Origin: Nostoc sp.
Lineage (GTDB): Bacteria; Cyanobacteriota; Cyanobacteriia; Cyanobacteriales; Nostocaceae
DNA: 64,000 nt
Assembly: GCA_036918135.1 (NCBI GenBank)
Contig: JBALDB010000031.1
Coordinates: 55,838 to 119,837, forward strand
Direction: 5' to 3'
This document shows, in pieces, positions 1 to 8,903 of the stretch (position 1 is the stretch's first letter; each line of letters starts with the position of its first letter). The position numbers and the translations under genes were made by a program. The notes beneath the pieces were generated by a model. The model worked only from the letters and a program-made list of their open reading frames with translations, did not search any database and was not told the origin of the DNA.

Positions 1-1
1 C

Positions 2-787
2 CGAACTAACGCTGGTACATTCAAAGATTATTTCAGCAGTCTTGTGGGCTGGGAACGGTTTCGTGCAAGTCAGTTTGGCATTCAACATTACTGCACAATT
101 GGCTTAAATCCCAAAGAAGCTAACAATGACGCATTAGCAGCAGAAGTTATTGAATTGCTACCGCTTTATGCTTGTAAAGAAGGAGTTGTTGCAATTGGCG
201 AAATTGGCTACGACGACATGACAGAAGCAGAAGATAAATACTTTTGCCAACAGTTAGAATTAGCCAAAGAACTCGATATGTTGGTACTAATTCATACTCC
301 TCACCGGAATAAGAAAGCGGGTGCTATTCGGAGTATGGAACGGTGTATTGAATATGGTTTAGATCCTTCACAAGTAGTTATCGATCATAACAATGAGGAA
401 ACTGTTGAAGAAGTACTAAAACGGGGTTTTTGGGCGGCTTTTACGATTTATCCCCAGACAAAAATGGGTAACGCCAGGATGGTGGAAGTTGTCCGCAAAT
501 ATGGACGCGATCGCATTATTGTCGATAGTAGTGCTGATTGGGGAATTAGCGATCCATTAGCAGTTCCAAAAACGGCTCAGTTGATGTTAGAAAGAGGCAT
601 TCCTGAAGAAGATGTACGAGCAGTTTGTTACGAAAATGCTTTAGCTGCTTACAGTCAAACTGGACAGATGCAAGCATCAGACTGGCTCAATCCCCAATCT
701 ATCGATCAGCGTCAGCTATTCAGTGGTAACTCTGTATTGCGAGGACAAGAACCAGGTGTTAATTCTGTTTCAGTGCTGATTGAATAG
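2..787 (+). CDS. eboB: TatD-family metallohydrolase EboB (5' truncated by window edge)
   Basis: Frame is open from position 2 (RTNAGTFKDYFSSLVGWERF). Motifs GEIGYD, LIHTPH, IDHNNE and DSSADW; lies upstream of eboC/E/F. Confidence 0.85.
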   Translation, partial: RTNAGTFKDYFSSLVGWERFRASQFGIQHYCTIGLNPKEANNDALAAEVIELLPLYACKEGVVAIGEIGYDDMTEAEDKYFCQQLELAKELDMLVLIHTPHRNKKAGAIRSMERCIEYGLDPSQVVIDHNNEETVEEVLKRGFWAAFTIYPQTKMGNARMVEVVRKYGRDRIIVDSSADWGISDPLAVPKTAQLMLERGIPEEDVRAVCYENALAAYSQTGQMQASDWLNPQSIDQRQLFSGNSVLRGQEPGVNSVSVLIE

Positions 788-871
788 AAAGCTATAGACG
801 TATTGGATAAATATTTTCACAATCCAAATTCTCAAATCCAGAATAGTATTACTACCCAAGGAGTCAGAGAA

Positions 872-1804
872 GTGAATGTTGCAAACTTGAATTTTCAAAG
901 TTGGCGGGGTTATTTTGAATTGATGCGTCCGGCTAATATTGTTACTGCTTGGGCGGATATTCTAGTTGGCTTTGCTGCTTCTGGCTCGGGAATGATTTTC
1001 GCTAAATTAATCAATGGAGAAGCAAATTTCGCAAATTTGATTCCATTAGCTTGGTTGTTATTAGCTACAACTGGTTTATATGGCGGCGGTATCGTTTTCA
1101 ATGATATTTTTGATGCCCAATTAGATGCAAAAGAGCGACCAAATAGAGCAATTCCTAGTGGTCGTGTGTCTCTTCAAAATGCTACTTTATTAGGCAGCAT
1201 ATTGTTTGCCATTGGTATTGGAGCAGCTTTTCAAGTATCTTGGTTGAGTGGGGCGATCGCAATATTCATTACTCTTTCAGCACTGCTGTATAATTCCCTT
1301 GCCAAACATCATCCTTTTTTTGGCCCGCTTAATATGGGTTTGTGCCGGGGAAGTAACTTATTATTAGGTGTGAGTGTTGTACCAGAAATAATAGGAGAAC
1401 GTTGGTATTTAGTGCTAATTCCTGTTATTTATATTGCGGCGATTACTGCAATTAGTCAGGGTGAAGTTCATGGAGGAAAGAAAATTACAGGAATACTAGC
1501 ACTAGTCTTGATTGCAATAGTTTTGGCAGCAGTTTTAGGATTAGGATTATTACCAGAGTATACAGCGATCGCAGCATTGCCGTTTGCAGTTTTCTTGGCT
1601 ATCCGAGTCCTACCTAATTTTGTAAAAGCTGCCCGCGAACCATTACCAGAAAATATCCGCAACGCTGTAAAAATAGGTGTGTTGTCTTTAATCGTCTTAG
1701 ACGCGACTGTTGCATCGGGTTTTGCTGGTTTGTATTACGGTTTAGCAGTCCTGATTTTACTGCCAATTTCTATGAAGTTAGCACAAATATTTGCTGTTAC
1801 TTAA
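872..1804 (+). CDS. eboC: UbiA-family prenyltransferase EboC
   Basis: LMRPAN, NDIFDAQLDAKERPNRAIPSG (UbiA Asp-rich motif) and multiple TM helices. GTG at 872 is the more likely start than 803. Confidence 0.88.
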   Translation: MNVANLNFQSWRGYFELMRPANIVTAWADILVGFAASGSGMIFAKLINGEANFANLIPLAWLLLATTGLYGGGIVFNDIFDAQLDAKERPNRAIPSGRVSLQNATLLGSILFAIGIGAAFQVSWLSGAIAIFITLSALLYNSLAKHHPFFGPLNMGLCRGSNLLLGVSVVPEIIGERWYLVLIPVIYIAAITAISQGEVHGGKKITGILALVLIAIVLAAVLGLGLLPEYTAIAALPFAVFLAIRVLPNFVKAAREPLPENIRNAVKIGVLSLIVLDATVASGFAGLYYGLAVLILLPISMKLAQIFAVT

Positions 1805-1956
1805 AAGCTAAATAGAGAATGTCACGCCCCAGTTGCTCCAGGCGCAGAGAGAAAGATTGAGTTTTTTATAAAATTTTGGAATTAGAAAAACTCAAAAATT
1901 TAAAAGCTCTCTGCGTTTGGGCGCGTGGAAATAATAAATAGAGGATAAAGTAGAAA

Positions 1957-3195
1957 ATGAGAATTACAAAAAACAACTTTCACTTAACTTATTGCAGCAA
2001 TATTCATCCTGGTGAAACTTGGGTAGAGGTGTTTGCAAATTTACAAAAATATATTCCTGAACTCAAATCGCGTTTATCACCTACAGAACCTTTTGGTATT
2101 GGTTTGAGGTTAGCAGATGCAGCCGCCAAAGAACTTTTAGAAAAAAATAACTTAGCTCAATTTCAAGAGTGGTTAACTCAAGAAGATTTATATGTTTTTA
2201 CTTTGAATGGATTTCCTTACGGGGGATTTCATCGTCAGGTGGTAAAAGACCACGTTTATGCACCAGATTGGTCTCAACAAGAACGCCTGAATTACACATT
2301 AAATCTTACACAAATTTTAGCAACTCTCTTACCAACTGGACTTGACGGCGGAATTTCTACACTGCCATTATCTTATAAACCTTGGTGGGAAGACCAAGCA
2401 AGTTTTGAGATAGTTTTGAAGAATAGTTGTTTGAATCTAGCATCACTTGTTGCAGAAATGATTCACATCAAGGAAAAAACAGGAAAATTACTCCATATTG
2501 ATTTAGAACCTGAGCCGGATGGATTAATTGAAAATACCTCAGAAATCATTGATTTTTTCCAAAATTGGTTACTGCCGATTGGTAGGAATTATTTATCAGA
2601 AAAATTGAATATCGAACAAAGTTTAGCTGAAACTAAATTGCTAGAACATGTTCGGATATGTTATGATACCTGTCATTTTTCAGTTGAATACGAGCAGCCA
2701 AATTCTGTATTTACGCGTTTGCAATCAGCAGGAATTAAAATCGGCAAGATTCAAATCAGCGCTGCAATTCAAGTAAAAATTCCTGCTGAAGTTGAGAAAC
2801 GTAGTCTGATAGTTGAACGCTTACGTCCTTTTGCAGAATCTACTTATCTTCACCAAGTAATCGAACGTCGCAGCGATGGTACACTATATCACTATTCTGA
2901 TTTAATCACTGCATTACCACACTTAGAACAATCTCTAGCTCAAGAATGGCGGACTCATTTTCATGTGCCAATTTTTATTCATGATTATAAAATTTTGCAG
3001 TCTACGCAAGATGATATTGCTACTGTTTTACATCTACTGCAAACAAATCATGCTTGTTCGCATCTAGAAATTGAGACTTACACTTGGGATGTATTGCCAT
3101 CAGATATAAAAATAGATTTGCTGACTTCTATTGAGCGGGAATATAACTGGGTATTAAAAGAACTCCACAAGAATCCAGAAGACTTTGATAATTAA
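1957..3195 (+). CDS. eboE: Xylose-isomerase-like TIM barrel EboE
   Basis: LTYCSNIHPGE, LNGFPYGGFH, LEPEPD, YDTCH, RTHFHVP and LEIETYTW motifs; ebo context. Confidence 0.9.
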   Translation: MRITKNNFHLTYCSNIHPGETWVEVFANLQKYIPELKSRLSPTEPFGIGLRLADAAAKELLEKNNLAQFQEWLTQEDLYVFTLNGFPYGGFHRQVVKDHVYAPDWSQQERLNYTLNLTQILATLLPTGLDGGISTLPLSYKPWWEDQASFEIVLKNSCLNLASLVAEMIHIKEKTGKLLHIDLEPEPDGLIENTSEIIDFFQNWLLPIGRNYLSEKLNIEQSLAETKLLEHVRICYDTCHFSVEYEQPNSVFTRLQSAGIKIGKIQISAAIQVKIPAEVEKRSLIVERLRPFAESTYLHQVIERRSDGTLYHYSDLITALPHLEQSLAQEWRTHFHVPIFIHDYKILQSTQDDIATVLHLLQTNHACSHLEIETYTWDVLPSDIKIDLLTSIEREYNWVLKELHKNPEDFDN

Positions 3196-3245
3196 GCTGC
3201 TGAATTCTTACACAACTGGCTGCAAATTAAGAGGAAATTTTATTT

Positions 3246-4622
3246 ATGAAAAAAACGGTTATTCTAAATGTTGTAGGATTAACGCCTAACTTACTAGGAA
3301 AAAACACGCCGTTTTTGTCAGCTTGGGCTGCTAAAGGTCAAGTAGTTCCAGTCAAAACAGTGTTACCTGCTGTAACTTGTTCTGTTCAAGCTACTTATTT
3401 AACAGGAAAATTACCTGATGAACATGGGATTGTTGCTAATGGTTGGTATTTTCGAGATGAATGTGAAGTAAAATTTTGGCGACAATCTAATAAATTAGTA
3501 CAGGCTCCGAAAGTTTGGGACATAGCTAAATCAATTGACCCAAATTTCACTTGTGCCAACCTTTTCTGGTGGTACAACATGTATTCATCAGTGGATTATG
3601 CCATTACACCGCGCCCAATGTATCCCGCAGATGGAAGAAAATTATCTGATATTTATACCCAACCTAGTAATGTGCGATCGCCAATTCAATCGGATTTAGG
3701 TCAATTTCCTTTATTCGATTTTTGGGGGCCAAAAACTTCAATTAATTCTAGCCAATGGATTGCCAATTCGGCAAAATGGATTGAGGAACATTATAGCCCT
3801 ACACTATCGCTAGTTTACTTGCCACATTTAGATTACTGTTTGCAAAAGTTTGGTCACGATGAAAAATACATCCAAACAGATTTACAGCAAATTGACGCTG
3901 TTTGTGGTGATTTAATTGAATATTATCAAGCACGAAATATTCAAATAATTATTCTTTCTGAGTATGGCATTACTCCTGTTGACAAAGCAGTAGATTTAAA
4001 CCGCATATTAAGAGCAAATAATTTAATTGCTGTCCGTGAAGAATTGGGGCGAGAATTGCTTGATTTTGGAGCTAGTATTGCCTTTGCTGTAGCCGATCAC
4101 CAGATTGCTCATGTATATGTCAACGATGCAGCCTACATCTCAAAAGTGCGATCGCTCTTAGAAGCCACTCCAGGTGTAGCGCAAGTATTGGATGAACAGG
4201 GTAAACAAGCCTACCATCTCGATCATCCCAGATCCGGAGAGTTAGTAGCGATCGCCCAACCTGATGCTTGGTTTACTTATTATTATTGGCTTGACGATAA
4301 CAAAGCGCCTGATTTTGCTAGAACCGTAGACATTCACCGCAAACCCGGTTACGATCCTGTAGAGCTTTTCCTCAATCCTCAAATTAAATTTCCTCAAGGA
4401 AAAATCGCTCTTAAGCTACTTAAAAAACAACTCGGTTTTCGCTACTTGATGGATGTGATTCCTCTGGATGCTTCTTTAGTGCGTGGCTCTCACGGTCATA
4501 TTACCACTTCTGCAAATGAAGGGCCTCTATTTATCACCCATCAAACTCACCTTATCGATACAAACATCATTGAGGCGACAGATATTTGCTCCTTGATTCT
4601 CAAACATTTAAATCCGCAGTAG
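3246..4622 (+). CDS. eboF: Alkaline phosphatase / nucleotide pyrophosphatase family EboF
   Basis: PAVTCSVQAT, HGIVANGW, YLPHLDY, SEYG, HRKPGYDP and GSHG motifs. Confidence 0.88.
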   Translation: MKKTVILNVVGLTPNLLGKNTPFLSAWAAKGQVVPVKTVLPAVTCSVQATYLTGKLPDEHGIVANGWYFRDECEVKFWRQSNKLVQAPKVWDIAKSIDPNFTCANLFWWYNMYSSVDYAITPRPMYPADGRKLSDIYTQPSNVRSPIQSDLGQFPLFDFWGPKTSINSSQWIANSAKWIEEHYSPTLSLVYLPHLDYCLQKFGHDEKYIQTDLQQIDAVCGDLIEYYQARNIQIIILSEYGITPVDKAVDLNRILRANNLIAVREELGRELLDFGASIAFAVADHQIAHVYVNDAAYISKVRSLLEATPGVAQVLDEQGKQAYHLDHPRSGELVAIAQPDAWFTYYYWLDDNKAPDFARTVDIHRKPGYDPVELFLNPQIKFPQGKIALKLLKKQLGFRYLMDVIPLDASLVRGSHGHITTSANEGPLFITHQTHLIDTNIIEATDICSLILKHLNPQ

Positions 4623-4675
4623 AGGATGAGGCAGATAATATCAAAGACTCAATTAGATTTACTCCAAACTCAGCA

Positions 4676-5287
4676 CTATTTTTGGAACCAACGCCAGTTA
4701 TAACGATTCCATTCATAAATTCCTTGAATTTCATACTCAGCGCCGTTGAAGAAGCGGACGATACAATTAGTAGAAGAATTATCGCGATCGCTAGTTTCAT
4801 TAACCTGAATTACAATCGAAGGAAACCATTCCGGCTTACACGGCCCATCTTCTTGCACCCATTCCCATAGTGCATTGGAAACTTCAATGCGATCGCCAAC
4901 TTTCAACTTTAATGCATCTTCCAAATAAGCATACTTGTCAAAATGGTATGACTCAACACGGTTGAGCCACTGTAAACCGTAGCGCTGGCGGATAAATTGT
5001 ACTGTTCCAGAGTCATTTTCCAACAGCCAATCATTAAGTAATTGCACTTTCCAAGTGCGGTTACGTTGTTCCTCGGCCTTAACAAACTCTAAAAACGCTT
5101 CTAACTCCTCTGGGGTAAGTTCGTCTAAAGGATTAGCAATATCTGAAGCCCCGTAGTTAGAATTTTCATGAATTTGCTCAATGACTTGCAATAATATCTC
5201 TTTCTGCACGTCAGTGAGAGGACACCCTATAGCATCACAACTATTAAAGGCTGCTTGCATAGCTGTTTCAATCTCATCTGGTGTCAT
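4676..5287 (-). CDS. Hypothetical protein, possible C-terminal SH3/Tudor-like domain
   Basis: 203-aa ORF; C-terminal pattern LKVGDRIEV...WFPSIVIQV...CIVRF. Confidence 0.7.
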   Translation of the reverse strand: MTPDEIETAMQAAFNSCDAIGCPLTDVQKEILLQVIEQIHENSNYGASDIANPLDELTPEELEAFLEFVKAEEQRNRTWKVQLLNDWLLENDSGTVQFIRQRYGLQWLNRVESYHFDKYAYLEDALKLKVGDRIEVSNALWEWVQEDGPCKPEWFPSIVIQVNETSDRDNSSTNCIVRFFNGAEYEIQGIYEWNRYNWRWFQK

Positions 5288-5389
5288 AAAATTTAAAGTA
5301 ATTGAGGGTTTATTTACCTAATTATTACAAATGTTAAATTAAAAGATATTTTTTAGTGTTGACTTACTTATCACCTCAGGGAAATCGCT

Positions 5390-5971
5390 ATGAGTCAAAC
5401 TCAGTATCCAACAAAATTCCTGACTTTTGAGGAATTTCTGGCTTATGACGATCGCACTGATACCCGCTATGAATTAGTAGATGGTGAACTAGTAAAAATA
5501 CCAACTGAAAGTCAGGAAAACTGCGATATTGCCAAATTTCTGCTGTTCGAGTTGGCAAAGCATTTTCCTATTGCCTTGCTGGCTTACAAGGACATTGAAA
5601 TTGAAGTTAGTGGACGGCGAGCAAGCTGTCGGCTACCGGATCTGGTGGTGCATACGGAAGAGTCGAAAGCAGCTTTGATTAGCAGTCCTCGCAATCTGAT
5701 TACCCGCGATATGCTCCCGCCTGCGCTAGTGATTGAAGTTGTTAGTCCCGGAACTGAGAACCACAACCGCGATTACCGTTACAAACGCACGGAATACGCG
5801 GCTAGAGGCATTACCGAATACTGGATTGTCGATCCAAAGTCAAAACAAATCACTGTTTGTAAGTGGGTGGAGGGACAGTATGAGGATACTGTGTTGCAAG
5901 GTACGGCTCGGATTACATCAGATGTAGTACCCGATTGGGAATTGATAGTTGAGCAGGTGTTTGCTGTTTGA
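5390..5971 (+). CDS. Uma2-family (DUF820) putative endonuclease
   Basis: RYELVDGEL, RLPDLVV, LVIEVVSPG, KRTEYAARGITEYWIVDP. Confidence 0.92.
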   Translation: MSQTQYPTKFLTFEEFLAYDDRTDTRYELVDGELVKIPTESQENCDIAKFLLFELAKHFPIALLAYKDIEIEVSGRRASCRLPDLVVHTEESKAALISSPRNLITRDMLPPALVIEVVSPGTENHNRDYRYKRTEYAARGITEYWIVDPKSKQITVCKWVEGQYEDTVLQGTARITSDVVPDWELIVEQVFAV

Positions 5972-6075
5972 CTGTTAACTGTTCACCATTATTAACCGTC
6001 ATCAATCAACCGTAATTCCGTTGTAAGCTGAGGTTATAAGTCACAGAATTATTGAATTAAATTACGGGGTCTTTT

Positions 6076-6507
6076 ATGCGGTTGCGCTCACTCACGGTCA
6101 TTTTTATTTCCTTTTTCATCACTTTTTTATCGTGGGTGCTTACTCCCCCCGCTCTAGCACTGACACAGATTAAATTATTTGATATTTCCTATAAAGATTG
6201 TCCACCAGAACTGGCAAAAGGAGCTGTTATCAGTAGTGGTAGCGCGGCTGCCAATTGCTTTCTTGTCACTGGCAAGGCAGAAAATGGTAGTAATAAAACA
6301 GTCTACGATGCAGATATTTTTGGACGCATTTATGATGCCAATAATGACTCAGTAATGCAAAACCGCACCCGTCTTGGTTCGATTGCTGAGGTATCACCAG
6401 GTGTTAGCGATTTTGAATTGAGAATTTCTGTGCCCGCAAATCAACCTACTCCATTGAAGCTGAAGCAGTTCAAGGCAGCTGGATTTAGTGCTGCGGTACG
6501 TAAATAA
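6076..6507 (+). CDS. Secreted/periplasmic hypothetical protein
   Basis: Signal peptide ending PALA-LT; two Cys; VYDADIFGRIYDA. Confidence 0.75.
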   Translation: MRLRSLTVIFISFFITFLSWVLTPPALALTQIKLFDISYKDCPPELAKGAVISSGSAAANCFLVTGKAENGSNKTVYDADIFGRIYDANNDSVMQNRTRLGSIAEVSPGVSDFELRISVPANQPTPLKLKQFKAAGFSAAVRK

Positions 6508-6523
6508 TAAATTTTAAGCTGTA

Positions 6524-6559
6524 TAGGTCAGGGCTGTTAACCCAGACCTAAAATTTTTT
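6524..6559 (+). terminator. Putative intrinsic terminator
   Basis: TAGGTCAGGG-N7-CCCAGACCTA (9/10 stem) followed by an A/T run, just after the 6507 stop. Confidence 0.5.
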
Positions 6560-6699
6560 CTAGCCCTAGTTACACCCTTTAAGACATAATGACAAGCACG
6601 AATGCTAGGGATAGTAATAGTTCTACCTCCTGCCTCCAGCAATAACTGCCTTCTGCCTCCTGCTTATAACTGAACGCAAAGTAAACTGCAAACTATGTC

Positions 6700-6963
6700 T
6701 TATACAACATAGGCCAGATTACTTATAAACCCGCCAAGAACTTGCAGTAGTATAATAGCTAACATGGGTGAAAAATCTATGCCGCCCAACGGGGGAATAA
6801 ATGAGCGAAATACATTCAGATAAGGGTCAGTTATTTGACTCAAAGCGGCAAATGGTTGATCGTACCAGTTGATCGTCGGGAACCAGGTTAAAGCAACCCG
6901 AATCAGCAACAGAAAAGTATAAATTTGCGTAAAAGTAGCAAGAGTGGTAATCAGTAATTCCAT
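6700..6963 (-). CDS. ycf19: YggT/Ycf19 (YlmG) family membrane protein
   Basis: RVALTWFP...TDPYLNVFRSFIPPLGGIDFSP signature. Confidence 0.9.
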   Translation of the reverse strand: MELLITTLATFTQIYTFLLLIRVALTWFPTINWYDQPFAALSQITDPYLNVFRSFIPPLGGIDFSPMLAIILLQVLGGFISNLAYVV

Positions 6964-7088
6964 AGATAACTTGGTTTCCTACTAAGTGTTAAACGCGGTC
7001 TTATCTATTGATTTTAATTTAGTCTATGTCATGGTGTTTGCATAAGCATTTACCACACTTGGCAACTTTTATCATGCCTAAAGAAACT

Positions 7089-7442
7089 TTAAGAATCTTT
7101 GGTGAAAGAGCGATCGCCTATTGTTTGTGGTGAAGTGCCATTCACATTCCCCAGTTGCTTTCGCACTTCATCTATTGTGGCATTTAGCTGGGCAATTTTA
7201 TCTTCTAGCGATCGCCGAGCTGTATCTATGCTAACGCTCTCAGTTTCTGAGGCTTTCATCTGACGCCGCTTTGCTGCTATTCTCTTAGCTTCGGCTTGGC
7301 TATCTGTTTGTTCTATTTCGTCCTCTATTAGCAATTCGGGATCGCGTCGAGAAGCAATTAGCGCCCCGATTACACCACCAAATACGCTGCCGACAAATGC
7401 CCCTGCTAAAAAACCACTGGCAAAACCATCTCGCTGACTCAT
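7089..7442 (-). CDS. Membrane-anchored coiled-coil hypothetical protein
   Basis: Gly-rich TM segment GFLAGAFVGSVFGGVIG; C-terminal ARRSLEDKIAQLNATID; lies between upp and ycf19. Confidence 0.8.
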   Translation of the reverse strand: MSQRDGFASGFLAGAFVGSVFGGVIGALIASRRDPELLIEDEIEQTDSQAEAKRIAAKRRQMKASETESVSIDTARRSLEDKIAQLNATIDEVRKQLGNVNGTSPQTIGDRSFTKDS

Positions 7443-7511
7443 ATATTTACCGCCTTCAACAACCTTGCAACTCTTACAGTAGTTATGCCATTTTTCTTTC
7501 CTAGCTGCATA

Positions 7512-8168
7512 CTAACTTAAAGTCCCAAAGATGCGATCGCCTGCATCTCCCAATCCTGGTACAATATACCCCTTACTGTTAAGTTTTTCATCAATAGTAG
7601 CGGTGTAAACTATTAAACCTGGATAAGTAGTACTCAGCTTTTGCAAAGCTGGTGGAGCCGCCACCACACAAACAATTCGCGTTAGGCTTGGATCTACACC
7701 CCGTTGTATCAATTCTGCCATTGCTGTCATAATTGACCCTCCTGTTGCCAGCATCGGATCGGTAATTAAAACTCGTGTTTGGGGGTCAAACTTTTCTGGT
7801 AACTTGTTTAAATAACAATGAGGTTGCAATGTCTCTTCATCTCGTGCCAATCCCAGATGATAAATCGATGCCAAAGGTAATAAAGTCTGCGCTCCCTCAA
7901 GCAATCCCAGCCCAGCCCGGAGAATCGGCACTACTGCCACTGGTATCTGTGGATCGATTACAGTTGCAGGACAAGTATCTAAAGGAGTTTGCACCGCTGT
8001 TTCTTGAGTGGGCAACCAGTCACGCGCAGCTTCATAAGTCAGCCATCTTCCCAGCTCAGTCATGGCACTGCGGAATAACACCGAAGGTGTGCCTGCATCA
8101 CGGGCAACTGCAAGCCAGTGTTGTATCAGGGGATGAGGTGGTACATAAACCCGCAATTGTAGCGTCAT
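7512..8168 (-). CDS. upp: Uracil phosphoribosyltransferase
   Basis: HPLI, VPILRAGLG, DPMLATGGS, YIVPGLGDAGDRIFGT. Confidence 0.97.
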   Translation of the reverse strand: MTLQLRVYVPPHPLIQHWLAVARDAGTPSVLFRSAMTELGRWLTYEAARDWLPTQETAVQTPLDTCPATVIDPQIPVAVVPILRAGLGLLEGAQTLLPLASIYHLGLARDEETLQPHCYLNKLPEKFDPQTRVLITDPMLATGGSIMTAMAELIQRGVDPSLTRIVCVVAAPPALQKLSTTYPGLIVYTATIDEKLNSKGYIVPGLGDAGDRIFGTLS

Positions 8169-8420
8169 AGCTAGAAGTCAGCGCCTCTTTGTACAAGAAC
8201 TGAAACACCATAATACTCTTTCCTGCATACGGCTGACTAGAAGGAGGGTGGCGACTGGGAGTGTGGGAAGAGTTGTTGCTTTTTTATAATCTCCCTCATC
8301 TCCCGGTTGTTGAGTTTCGACTAAGCGGAAATCGAGCGAAGTCGAGATTCAACTACCGCGAAGTCGAACTACATCTCCTTGTCCTCTCATAGATAACAGC
8401 TAAAATTAACCCCAAAATTT

Positions 8421-8475
8421 TATTGATAAATATTTTCATTAGCTGTTGACATCAATTCTCGATCGAGGCTATATT
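8421..8475 (+). promoter_or_regulatory. isaR1 promoter: Fur-like box plus -35/-10
   Basis: AT-rich imperfect palindrome TTGATAAATATTTTCATT (8423-8440), TTGACA at 8446-8451 and TATATT at 8470-8475 (18-bp spacer). Confidence 0.7.
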
Positions 8476-8480
8476 GTTAT

Positions 8481-8551
8481 ACAGTGTTCTCCTCTCTTTA
8501 AGGATCGGCAGACGGGATTAGCCAGCGGCAGCAGGCTTGTCCCTCTTTTTT
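8481..8551 (+). ncRNA. isaR1: Iron-stress activated sRNA IsaR1
   Basis: Starts ACAGTGTTCTCCTCTCTTTAAGGAT (IsaR1-type 5' end). Terminator GGGATTAGCC...GGCTTGTCCC plus T-run. Lies between upp and crtH with a Fur-like box upstream. Confidence 0.82.
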
Positions 8552-8605
8552 GTGATTGGGCATTTGGAGAAGAGGCTCTAGGGGCAGTGAAGGTAGGCGG
8601 AGAAA

Positions 8606-8736
8606 TAAGTAGAGTGGCGTAAAAAGACCAAAGTATGTAACAGAAAATAAAGTTGCTCCAGAAGCGCTTCTCTTCAGACTTCTGCTCTCTGCCTCCTGCT
8701 TTATCATAACGATAATTTTCAACACCGACTTACTTA
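8606..8736. mobile_element. MITE-like element, copy 1 (TAAGTAG...TACTTA ends)
   Basis: Imperfect terminal inverted repeats with TA ends; internal CTGCCTCCTGC and AACGATAA are shared with the copy at 45275-45388. Confidence 0.6.
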
Positions 8737-8750
8737 ATCAGTGACTAATA

Positions 8751-8885
8751 CTTTTCTACGAGAGGTTGCGCCAACGGATTCACCCTTCTCCACGAGAGGC
8801 TTTGCCTGACACAGACGCTTGTCTGCGACACACTACGCGAACGCCAACGCCAACGGCTAGGCTTAAGACAGGCTCAGTACAAGTA
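8751..8885. repeat. Nested small dispersed repeats (SDR-like)
   Basis: CTTTTCTACGAGAGGTTGCGCCAACGG (8751-8777) and a second, interrupted copy (CTTCTCCACGAGAGGCT at 8785 ... GCCAACGG ending 8856). Confidence 0.55.
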
Positions 8886-8903
8886 ACAAAGGACAAATGA
8901 CCA

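Noticed and set aside
7775..8170. Short ORFs antisense or out of frame to known genes (this one in upp; others in eboC, cheA, mcp, ftsH, fdhF, integrase)
   Set aside because: Fully nested in well-supported CDSs with no recognisable motifs.
8498..8725. 75-aa minus-strand ORF
   Set aside because: Overlaps IsaR1 and a MITE; no protein-like features.
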